Source: Selaginella moellendorffii
Taxonomy: Eukaryota > Plantae > Lycopodiophyta
Assembly: GCF_000143415.4 (NCBI RefSeq)
Contig: NW_003314269.1
Span: forward strand, 2,969,060 to 3,033,059
Direction: 5' to 3'
DNA: 64,000 nt
Shown here: one piece after another, positions 22,775-34,000 of the stretch
Layout of the letters: each line of letters opens with the position of its first letter
Position numbering within the stretch: position 1 is the stretch's first letter
Program-made: the position numbers and the translations under genes
Notes under the pieces: model-generated
What the model was told of the DNA's origin: nothing
The model's input: only the letters and a program-made list of their open reading frames with translations
The model's database searches: none

Positions 22775-23149
22775 CGCAGAAACTTTGCCTTCCCTGCTTG
22801 CCTGAGACACTTCACGTCAGGCCCAAAGCTCTTCCTCTCGTGTATTAAGTAGCACTGCGTTCTCCCTGTTGGCGAAGTCCTGAACTGCAACGGTGTTTCA
22901 AAGGCCTCTCCCGTGAAAACTACCGTCTGGTAATTGTCACTTTCATTTTTTCTTCCTCGACAGTGTCCAATGCTATCGACTTTGGTGCTCTTGCGTACTT
23001 CATCTGCGTCACTAGGAATCTTCCCTCAATATCAGCAATGCTATCGACTGGAGTGCACCTGCATTTTCAACTCCGGAGCTTTTGACAAAGTTGGATACGT
23101 TAATGATCTGGGAGAGGCCTGATTGGCTCGATCCATATCGCCCACCCTC

Positions 23150-24565
23150 CAAAACGCGCGAAAGATCTTTGGCAAGCCTCCGTGAAAGCTTACTCAAATA
23201 AACAAGTTGCCAGAGATTTCCGCGATAATTACACGCTCCCGCAAAACGAAACAGAGAGCTGGAACAAGCAAAGTTTACTTTCCCGCCAGACATGGTTTCC
23301 AGAAACATTATGATGCTACTGTTGGAAAATGGATCTGGACAGGCCGGGGATTGAACCCAAGACCTCCTACACTAGGTGCTTGCCTTGGTTCTGTACATGT
23401 TCAGCTTAGTTCTAACAGCTACGTCCAAGGCGGTCGTCTCGGAGAGACAGAGTATATCTTCCAGAGCTCTCCAGAGATTGACAAGTTCTCGTGAAACACT
23501 GCAACTCTTGAGAGGAATTGAGTTTGCATCTTCCAGATGACCTTGCTGGGCATTTTATCAAACGGTGGTAGGAACTTTGATCATCCTCTTGGCCTGGAGA
23601 AGGATCAAACGCTTGGGTTACTGGCAAGCCAATGAGCATCAAGTATTTGCTCAATGGTATGCTCCTTATGTCATGGCTGGATCGTGCTGGGGTTGAGGAT
23701 AGAATCCAAAAAATGTTTGCCACAGGGACTTGATATCGTGGAATGCTTTCATTTCCGGCTATGCGAGCATTCGTAGGCCGTGTCATCAGCGTTAAAGCCA
23801 CCACCGCCTTGTGAGCCATGGCTTGGAAGAGCTCTGGAGCGGCAGCCTCTCACAAGTTTCCATTCATCGAGTAGGCCGTCACCATCGTGTTTGCGGCCCG
23901 GGATTTGCTCGCGTACTTTTCTAGCTTCCTCCTCCTCGCTGCTCTGACCAAAGCGAAAGCCGAGACACGAGAGTTTTACTGAACAAGTTCTTTCCTTGAT
24001 CCACATGACAAGCTAGCGAGAAAACAATTCCAGCTCGCCTCGGTCTTCTCCGGCATCGCATCAAACATTTCTTTTGCTTCATGAATCTTCGCTACTTGGA
24101 CGTAAGCATTCGATCAAACATCTTCTTTTGCCGCAGAGGAAGTCCCATTCCTCGCCATCAAGAAGAGCGAAGGGAGGTTTTGCTGCGGCGGATCATTGCC
24201 GCTGCCACAGGAAGGGATTGGGATCTCGACCAGGAAACAGCGTTTCTGTCGGGCACCTTGTGAAAGTACTCCTTGCTTCTTTCAGCCGCCCGTTCGCCTC
24301 GTACACTTGAATCAAGACACCACGTCAGGCCTAGGCATTTTCCCAAACATGGCTTTTACGCCATCCAGATGCCCGCTTCCGCCAAGTGCGCGAATAATGC
24401 TTTTCCAGAGAACCACATCTCTGCTCAAATATCCGGTGTGCCTTCTCGGGTTTCTTGTGGCTTTCATACGCGGCCAGCATGATGGTGTGTTAGTGTCTTG
24501 GAGAAACATAGAGTCAAAGATATACTTTACATCTTTTTGGATAATTTCAGTAGCAAGCACCACCT
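23150..24565. pseudogene. Scrambled, deletion-riddled copy of the PPR gene at 16799-19156
   Basis: 23150-23500 (+) matches about 18180-18520; 23707-23772 (+) matches about 18097-18170; 23773-24560 (-) matches about 17150-18066; 23515-23705 (-) matches about 17083-17170 with a foreign insert. Confidence 0.85.
23320..23417. mobile_element. 98-bp TG...CA insertion (putative miniature solo LTR) with tRNA-like T-arm
   Basis: Absent from the parent PPR at about 18425-18440; ends tgttgga...tctaaca; flanked by gctac on both sides (23315-23319, 23418-23422); minus strand contains ggaggtcttgggttcaatccccggcc. Confidence 0.65.
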
Positions 24566-25444
24566 TTTGTGTTTATATAAAGATTTAAAAAACGTGTAAA
24601 AAGCCAGAGTCAAATGTAAAGGCAAATTGGCAGAAATGCCAATGCCAACGTACTGGGCAGGAATACTCTTCTTAAGTAGGTCGTTGTCATGAAACACAAG
24701 TCATTGAGTTAACTAAGCCATTTTTAAAGAGTGGTTTACTCCCCCGAGTTGCTTTTGGAGAAAGAAGGACGCGAGCGAGGAAGGCGAGCCATAGGCCTCC
24801 ACCATGTACGAGCTTTGCGCCTGCGCAGGCGGGCCGCGGCCGTGGGATGCGCCCCATCCGACGGTCGCCCGCGTTTGGGGCTTTAGGGATGGTTGTGGAT
24901 GCTTTCTTCCTCGGTTGCGCCCTGGCCGAGCAACGAGCTCACTCACCAATCAATCCATTTGCTTTGCTCTCCTCTTTCCCTTTCGATCGATGTCTCAGGT
25001 GGGCGAAATGGGATCCCTTGATCATGGCATCTATTCGATCCACCGCTAGCTCTTCTTCTTGCTCGGCCTAGCCGGATGGTTCTTAAGTTCGTGGGCTAAA
25101 ATAAAATGTAGGCTGTGTGCTTCTCCCGATTTTTTTTCTCGTTGTTTTCTCTTTTTTTTTCTTCTCTCTCGCGTGTGTTGCACTCGTATAAGTAGTTCTT
25201 TACGTTTCTTCTTTCTTCGCAGTTCTCTCCAAGAAATCAAAGAAGGAATAGATGGTTTCAGTGATTCTTGGAGCATCTCGGTAGAAAGTTGACGAGTTGG
25301 GCGAGACACTCTTTAAACCATCGGGTAAGTTCCTGTTTCTCTACTCGCGCGTGATCCCGAGCTAACTGGAGCTGGATTTGCTTCCTTAGTTCTTCCTAGA
25401 TCTGTAACAGCATCGCTCCATCTCCAAAGTTTTCTCAACCCGAG

Positions 25445-27833
25445 ATGAGACTCGAGGCCGACATCTGGAGCTTGAACAACCATCTCCTCGTCAAGATCCT
25501 GGAGAAGCTGGACGAGGTGGTGGACAGGAAATCGTGGCGTCTCACTTGCAAGCGCTTCTACGCGGCCGGGGCCGAGTCCCAGAAAACCATGCGCCTCTTC
25601 AACTCGGAGCTCCTCCCGAGAGCTCTCGCGCGCCACACCGGCATCGAGAGCCTCGACTTGTCCTCGTGCATCAAGATCACGGACGAGGATCTCGCCCTTG
25701 TCGGGGAGCTCGCTGGGACGCGCCTACGATCGCTCGGCCTGGCTCGCATGGGAGGATTCACGGTCGCCGGGATCGTTGCTCTGGCGAGGAACTGCTCCGC
25801 GCTGGTGGAGCTCGACTTGCGGTGCTGTAACAGCCTTGGAGACTTGGAGCTGGCGGCCGTGTGTCAGCTGGGAAGCTTGCGAAAGCTCGATCTCACGGGA
25901 TGTTACATGATCTCGGACGCTGGATTGGGATGCCTGGCAGCCGGTTGCAAGAAGCTCCAAGTCGTCGTGCTCAAAGGCTGTGTTGGTATTTCGGATGCCG
26001 GGCTTTGCTTCCTTGCTTCCAACTGTAAAGAGCTCACCACCATCGACGTCTCCTACACAGAGGTCTGTATCGGAAGCTCTCTCTCATTTCTTTTTTCCTG
26101 TGTTGTCATCTTTGGTTCCTTTAGCATAGACTGTGGTTGATCTAACCAGAAAATTCACTTTTTTTTCTTGTTTTCGTTTGCTGGTTTGGTTCTTGTGTCT
26201 TTCGAGTTTGGTTGATCTGATAAAAAAATCTGTTCGTTTTTTTTTGCTTACTGTTTCTGTGCTTTCATTCAGATCACGGATGACGGCGTCAGGTGTCTAT
26301 CAAACTTGCCGTCTCTGAGAGTGTTGAATCTGGCTGCGTGCTCCAACGTTGGAGACGCGGGATTGACCCGTACAAGTACATCATTGCTGGTATGTACGAC
26401 GACGATTCTAAAAGACGGTCGTTTTAGTCTGCTTTTTTTTTCTCAGGAACTGGATCTCTCTTGCTGCAGAAGCGTGACCAATGTGGGAATCTCGTTTCTC
26501 TCGAAGCGAAGCTTGCAGTTTCTAAAGCTCGGGTTTTGCTCGCCTGTAAGTTCGCTGTAGAGTCTGGTTCTTATACTCGTGAGAAAAACGATCGCAGATA
26601 ACTGGCCAGCTCTTGGAAGCAGTTGGAAAGCTCACACAGATCCAAACACTTAAGCTAGCTGGCTGCGAGATCGCCGGCGATGGGCTTCGCTTCGTGGGCT
26701 CTTGCTGTCTTCAGCTAAGCGACTTAAGTTTGAGCAAGTGTAGAGGGGTCACGGATTCTGGCATGGCTTCCATTTTCCATGGCTGCAAAAACCTCCGGAA
26801 GCTTGATCTTACTTGCTGCCTCGACCTCACGGAGATTACTGCTTACAACATCGCAAGGTCGAGCGCGGGACTTGTCAGCTTAAAGATCGAAGCTTGCCGC
26901 ATTCTAACGGAGAACAACATTCCACTGTTGATGGAGCGGTGTAGCTGCTTGGAAGAACTGGACGTGACCGATTGCAACATCGATGACGCAGGTACGAGAG
27001 TGTAGCTCAAAGCTGACAGTAAAGAGGTGGTTTTTTTTATGCAGGACTGGAATGTATTGCGAAATGTAAGTTTTTGAAGACTCTCAAGCTCGGGTTTTGC
27101 AAGGTCAGTGACAATGGCATCGAGCATGTTGGAAGGAATTGCTCCGACTTGATCGAGCTCGATTTATACAGGTGGATTTCCCGGAGTGCCAGCATAAAAG
27201 TCTCACTTTTTTGTTTATCAACGTACAGGTCGGGGAATGTTGGTGATGCGGGAGTTGCGTCCATAGCCGCTGGCTGCCGCAAGTTGAGAATTCTAAACCT
27301 CTCGTACTGTCCAAACATCACGGACGCTTCCATCGTCTCCATTTCGCAGCTCAGCCATCTCCAGCAGCTCGAGATCCGGGGTTGCAAACGAGTTGGCCTG
27401 GAGAAAAAACTCCCGGAATTCAAGAACCTTGTAGAGCTCGATCTCAAACACTGCGGGATTGGCGATCGGGGAATGACCTCCATCGTCTACTGCTTTCCAA
27501 ATCTCCAGCAGGTTCAAGCTCTTCCAAATCTTTCTTTTCAAAAGCTTAATACGGTCGTCTTTCTTCTCTTACCAGCTAAATCTATCGTATTGCCGGATCT
27601 CCAACGCTGGACTCGTGATGCTGGGAAATCTTCGCTGCTTGCAAAACGTGAAGCTCGTCCAGATCGGGGATGTTTCCATCGAAGTTCTCGCGGCAGCACT
27701 CCTTTCGTGTGTTTGCCTCAAGAAAGCAAAGCTATTCTGCAATGCCTTGCTGAACGATTCCATCAACGCTCGCTATCAGCAACTGGAAGATCGTGGCTGC
27801 CGAATTAGATGGATGATCAAACCAGAGAGATAG
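25445..27833 (+). CDS. F-box/LRR-repeat protein (FBL3/RAE1-like), multi-exon
   Basis: LNNHLLVKILEKL...DRKSWRLTCKRF F-box, then many Cys-containing LRRs (LDLTGCYMISDAGL), ending LEDRGCRIRW. Confidence 0.92.
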
Positions 27834-28007
27834 TGTCTATGATTTTTGTATGGTTGTTATTCTTCTCGTTGGTACCAGCGAGCAAACAAGAATTGTTTTT
27901 CTTCTCTGTCGTCAAAATCTATGTCCGACTCCTCCAGTCCACATGTAATGCTTACAATGCGCCACGTTTTCTAGGGCTTATGGGCTCCCGGTGAGGGTTT
28001 TGGAGTG

Positions 28008-31000
28008 ATGGGGCGATGGCGCTGGCGCGAGCGCCTCCGGCGGGCGGCGTTGAGGCCGCTCCGGCGCTGGATTGTTGGCGCGGATGACTGCGCGATCGAT
28101 ATTTCGTGGAGCTTGTCCGGTGTGGAGCTCCGTCTCGGTAAGTTTGAGCTGATTCCGGAAGCTGTCAATGCCGAGGCGCTGCTATCCTCGCCTCTCGTCC
28201 TGCGCCGGGCCTCAATTGCGTCTGCGAGGCTTGCATTCTCACTCATCGGGTCGCCGGCAATCGCCATTGTCATCGAGGGCCTCGATGCCGAATGCTCTGC
28301 ACGGTTAGTGCTATAGGTTTTTTTTTATAGAGAAATCATTGAAGTTACAGAGATGCTGAGGATTCATATTGGAAAAATACAATTGCGGATCGTGGCGCTC
28401 ACCAGCGATTGGAAAGGCTCGCGTCAATTGATCCAGAGGTATTTTTTCACCTTTCAATTCTATCGAAAGTGACTATTTTCTGCTTGGCAAACACAGGGTG
28501 CTAGCGAGCACTCGAGAGCAAAACTAAAGGAGGAAAACCGCACTGGTTTCTTCCTACTTTTGCTGATATCGTTCTTGCTCTCAGCTGTGAAAGTCGAGCT
28601 ACACGATGCGAAAATCTCTCTCAGGTCTCGTCAAGGCTACGAAACCTGTATTTCGTCTACGCAGCTGGTTGTCGGAGAAGAAATGCCGAGCGGGTTTTTC
28701 AAGGGAAGCATGTTTGGGTCATTGAGCAACATGGTGGTATACAGTCGGAAAAAGGCTACAAAAGCTTGCAGCGCGTCACGGGTAAGCGTTACTTTCAGAG
28801 ACAGCCGCCGGCAAGAGCAAGTCAGGGGTGACGAGGGAAATGCCGTGTTGATGGTGATGGTTTGGCTTTCGTTTGGTGTTTGGGAGGATTCTTTCTGTGG
28901 ACTCACAGTGAGTATCCCAGAGGCAGTAGGGGGACTGGACTCTAGCGAGCTGGATTTAGTTTTGCTGCTGCTGGCTGAGTTGGAAGGGCCGTCAGGGAGG
29001 CTTACGTCCGCGTCGAGCAGCGGTGGAATATCGTCTCCCGGTTGTAGAAACGCGAAAGAGCTTTGGGCATGGGCAGTGTCAAAGGTTTTACGCGAGTCTC
29101 CAAGACGAAGACTAAGTGCTAGCTTTGAAGCTGGTATCCTCCGTCGGCGTTACTGTTCTCTTTATGGTGATTGGCTTCAAAATGTTGGCTGGTGCAGTAA
29201 GTCTCAACGTCTGGATCGGGCAGAACATTTTAAGAAGTTATCATCATCCGTCGCTGAGCTTGAGAAGAAGCTACCAGTTGAAGCAGTGGCTCTTGCTCGT
29301 CGGATTGCACGGAGACGAGTTTTTCTGAAGGAATCCAATGCAGTGAAGCAAGACGATGTTTCGCAGGGTTTTTTGAAAAGAAAATGGGCCGGGTTTCTAA
29401 GGGCAGTAGGATATGACAGAGATGCAGTTGAGAAAAAATGGGAAGAGCAACAGACAAGTGACAGAAAAAGCCAGGATTTTTCGTTGGACTTTAGCCGTGG
29501 TTCTCTGGTATTCGTAGGTGCTGGAGACGTATCGGTTTGCCTCAGATGGAAGAAAATGTCCGTGGTCTACCGTTCAAACAAGGATCGGAGAGAAACAGTA
29601 GTTGTTCTAGGTAGCTTACGCGGAGAAATACTGAGCAAAAGCATCGAAGGCAGAGGGAAGTTTTCATACGAAACAAGTACGGAATGTAGGCTACGTTGGA
29701 ATGACAGAGCATCGAGTGGGTTTCTTTTCTTTTCAAGTTCGCCCTTCGAACATCAGCAAGCAGCTAGAACGCTACAGAAATACAATGTCGGTCTTCAAGA
29801 GAAGCACGCCTCCAGAAATTATGAGGAAACTCGGAACTGGCAAACGAAGTTGTGGAAACACTACAGCGATGACAAGAAGATACAGAGATCTTTGGATAGC
29901 TTGGTGGGGCCTTTCCTGGTGGTCTTCTATGGAACTGCGCCGGAAAACAATCGACTGCCAGACACAAGTATGATCGTTACTGTAGGAAAAGTGGACATGA
30001 GCTTCAGGTATGCCATGTTTTCCAAGCTTCTTCCGATCTTGACGGAACTCAGAAAACTCGAGCACTCTGGACAACCGTCATCTAAAGACATACACAAGGC
30101 TAGCACCTCTGCACATAGTGTTTATAGGGAACAGATGGAGTTGTGCCGAAGCTTGGTTTTTTCAGCTGTTCCCGAGACTCGAATGCAACTCACAGCCGTT
30201 GTTGAGAACGTTCGACTGACGTTGGAAGTATCGGAAAGTGAGCTGCCAATCCAAAATGTGAAATTGAAGCCGTTGGTTTTAGACGTCGGCTATTTCGAGT
30301 TCGCACTTTGGCCTGCGGTCGAGCATAACCAGTGGATAAGGCCTCTTCGCTTACAAGAACAGCCGCCTACGCGAAAAGACGACTTGGACCGTGACAGTTT
30401 TGCAAGCAACCTACTTGTGTACATAAATGGCAGTAGATTCAGCACGCAGTCGGAAAATTTTGTTGGGCCTTTGAACGTAACGGTGGAGTCTTCATTTCAA
30501 AGGTATGCTGGTTTTTCCTTTCCTCTCTGTTATTCCATCCTGCTAAGACTGTCTTCTATCCAGGGAAAACTGCACGTCGCTCTTCGAATCTCTCAAGTCC
30601 GTGGCATTGACGGCTGGCTTGGCAGCACCGTCTTTTGACGTCTGCTTGGACATCAGCAAAGCGACAACTGCTGTCCAGGTACCTATTTTAAGCCTGTTTC
30701 TCATCTAAGTGAAAGAAAGCTGTATTTTTTCTGCAGATCCTTATTTGTTACTTCGAGGCTGCTAAGAATGCTGCTTCGCACCTGTACGATTCGACTACCG
30801 AGAGTGAAAGTGACAATGATGCAATTTCTACAGATGAAACCTTTTCGCTCGATCTTAGCTTCAACCTTCAAAGCTTCAAGGTTTATTTTGGCGACTTGGA
30901 AGCTAGTCGACAATCGGGGGATACAGAAACGAGCCTGGGAATTGGAATTTTGGCCGTAAACAGCTTATGCCTTGATTTTACAGCCGGTAGCTGGTCTTCT

Positions 31001-34000
31001 ACAGGTATTTCCTTGAAGTTCCAGAAGATGCAGATCTCCATTGTTCCCACAAATATGAACTTCGAGCAGGTATTGAAGGGACAGTGCAAATCCTCTCTCA
31101 AAACTTTTTGTGCGGATCATTTTACTCTTGCTTTCGACGGATCCGAAGCTTCTGCTGCTGAAGTTGAAAAGTTTTGCTGTTCAACAACAATTGACGTGGG
31201 ATTAATATCCACAGCAGGTTGTCATCTCGAGCAAATTCTTGCAAAAGCGAAGCAACATCCATCGACAGCAGAGAGCATGCACGTCGTATTGACATTCACT
31301 GACGGCTTGTCGGTTGAAGTAGAGGTACGGGTAAACTACTTATCTTACTGTCTGAGCTAACCTTTTCTGATGCAGGCCGGTCTAGCTATATTCGAGACTA
31401 TTGCTACAGTTGATGTTCTCAACTTTGTAGCCAGCTATGCTGAATGTGTCGGGAAAAAGCTTGAACCGGTGATAACTTCTGTTGATGGCGTAAGTACAAG
31501 TGCTAGCGAGCTTGAACGTTCGTATTCATTTCCTGAAGGAAGACAGCTGGTGGTAGCCCCTTCTCGATCACAATCAACTCCTCCCGAGTTTTTGCAAGTG
31601 GAAGAGGACTTTGGTGTGGAGGGCTTAATGTCTTTCAAAGTTTCTCGACTCTCGGTGGTTCTTTCTGCAGCTGGCACACGTAAGTCTCTTCTTACTGGTG
31701 ATTGTAAGTCAAATTTTTATGTTGCAGAGACCGTGGAAGGCGTACTTTTTGTGGTTGGTGCTCACGCAGATATCACATCTGCAAAAGGATCTTACAAGAT
31801 CAAAGCAGCCGTAAGCCAGTTCACGGCGATCAGTTTGAGGTCTGACAAGCAACGTCTAAACGAGAGGTCTCATGGTCGGGTCCCACAGTTTGGTTTCAAC
31901 GACACTGGTGAAAGCTCTAGTGATACGGAAAGCTTTCATCGCGATACTTCATGTAAGGACGACGACAAGGCCTCCGACATGAACTGTTTATTGGATAACT
32001 TGACGGTCTCGGCTACGTTAAATAGACAATGCAGGAAAGGTGTGGATCCCAAATGGGAAAAGTCTTGGCGAGGACAGATAGCTGTCAGTGGATTGAATAT
32101 TGCAGTGACAACCTATGAACTACAGGTACAGAAACTCCGCTTTTGCACTAACAACTTTTATTTTCAGATGCTAGTAAGCATTGGGAAGCCGTTAAGCCAT
32201 ATATCATTATCCAAAAGTAAAACGGCAAATATTCATAAGCCTAGTGGACAAAACGTTGAAAAGATATTACGTGATACAATTCTTGATGGTAAGCTTTAGT
32301 GTTTTGTTCTCATAAGCTTCAATACTTCATTTCAGGGGCAATTGTCGCATTGAAGGACGCTCAAGAACATCTTTATCTTTCTGTCGAGGACTCTTCGTCT
32401 CAAGGCCAGTTTCATTTAGGCGGTGCTTGGCATTACTCAGTGGCAGGGGAAAGAGCTTTATTTAAGGTATTTTAGAACTGTACACTCCATCATATCTTGA
32501 TTTTCTCTTCACGCAGGTTAAATTTCACGAGAAGAACAAGGATATACAATGGTTTTCCTTGGTTTCTCTTTATGCCAAAAGTTCTACTGGCGTACCTCTT
32601 CGGGTTCATTATGAACAGGGGTCACGGCAGCTTCAGATATCCTCGACGAATGATAGCCCTTGGGAACTTTGGCAGTGTATACCATATCGATCTAGCGACG
32701 AGGAGATCAACGTTTATAATGGCATCTTCAGCCATTTGGTTCATCTGATTAACCAGAAAAGCAAGCAAGGATTGGCGTTGGCTGACGGAATTCCTGTAGT
32801 TGCCAGTTATCCGGGAAACGCTTTCAAAATAGAGGTGGTCGCTGAACCGACTGTGTTATTTTCACAGCGTACCACCGTTCAAGAAAATGTAACAGCTAAA
32901 GCTGCCGTCGCCAGTGCTACTGCTATACCAGAAGTAAGATTCGACATAGGATCGATTTATGTCACGCTACTGCATGAAGCAGCCGGAGCTATTCATTTGC
33001 TTCCTCTCGTTCGAGTTCGACTGGAAGAAGTACAAGGGTTGGCACAAGCCTCTTCCCAAAAGGCTAGGATTATTGGTGGATGTAGTTCTATTATTGAGCA
33101 CTACGAGGCGCAAACCAGTTCATGGTAATTATATTTTGTGCAAATTATACTCGCTCACTCACCACTTTTCAGGCTAGCAATCGTTAATCCTGTCATGATG
33201 GAGATTATTGGAAGCTCTCGTCTAGCACGCAATGAAAGGAAGTTTCCAGTATCTTTCTTTTGCCGGTTTAAAAAGGTACAAAGCCTCTAGATAGGCTATG
33301 GATTTTGTGTCTTTGCGGTTGATACATTTTCATCTGTGTGAAGGTGGAAGTTTTGTTGAGTGAGCTTTCGTTGGATGCTTGCTTATTTCTGATCGGTGTC
33401 ATGGACTTGGCTGGACCTTACACTATAAAGCATTCTCCTGTGTTGGTGAACAGGTGCCAGGTAACATTATACAGGAGACTGTAGCAATGCCTTACTTCCT
33501 TATGACTGACTGTAGATCGAGAATCAGACTGGACTTAACGTTCTGTTCCGTTTCGATCGTGAAAGCGGCGCAGGGGAAGAAGGAAAAGTGAATTCCTGGC
33601 AAACAAGTTCGTACTTGATGAGGTATGCGTGGGTTTGTGTCAGCGTTCTATTGAATTTACTTTGTCTCTTCAAAGACATGTACGCTCTCGACGGGGTACA
33701 ACTCCTGCGGAGGTTTCTCATTCAGTTTCTATTAGTCTTGAAAAGGCTGGCACCGGTTTGTCTTCAAGTATGAACGTATCGCTGGGCGAGCCTGGTGTTT
33801 TTGCTGGTCGAACACGCCTTGAGGCTTTTCAAGGTCCGCAAGTTTAGAGTTATTTTCGTTTCATGCTGACCTTTATATACTGCAGGATCTCGTGTGAATG
33901 CGCCTGGTCCAATCGTTGTTATTGACGTTTCTAAACAAAGCCAGGTACATGAGTTTTCCATCAACCGAGCTCAAAAGCTTTGAACTGTTCTTCTCAGGAC

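Noticed and set aside
23342-23367. Possible tRNA gene
   Set aside because: Only the variable loop/T-arm is present; no D-arm, anticodon arm or acceptor stem, so treated as part of an insertion
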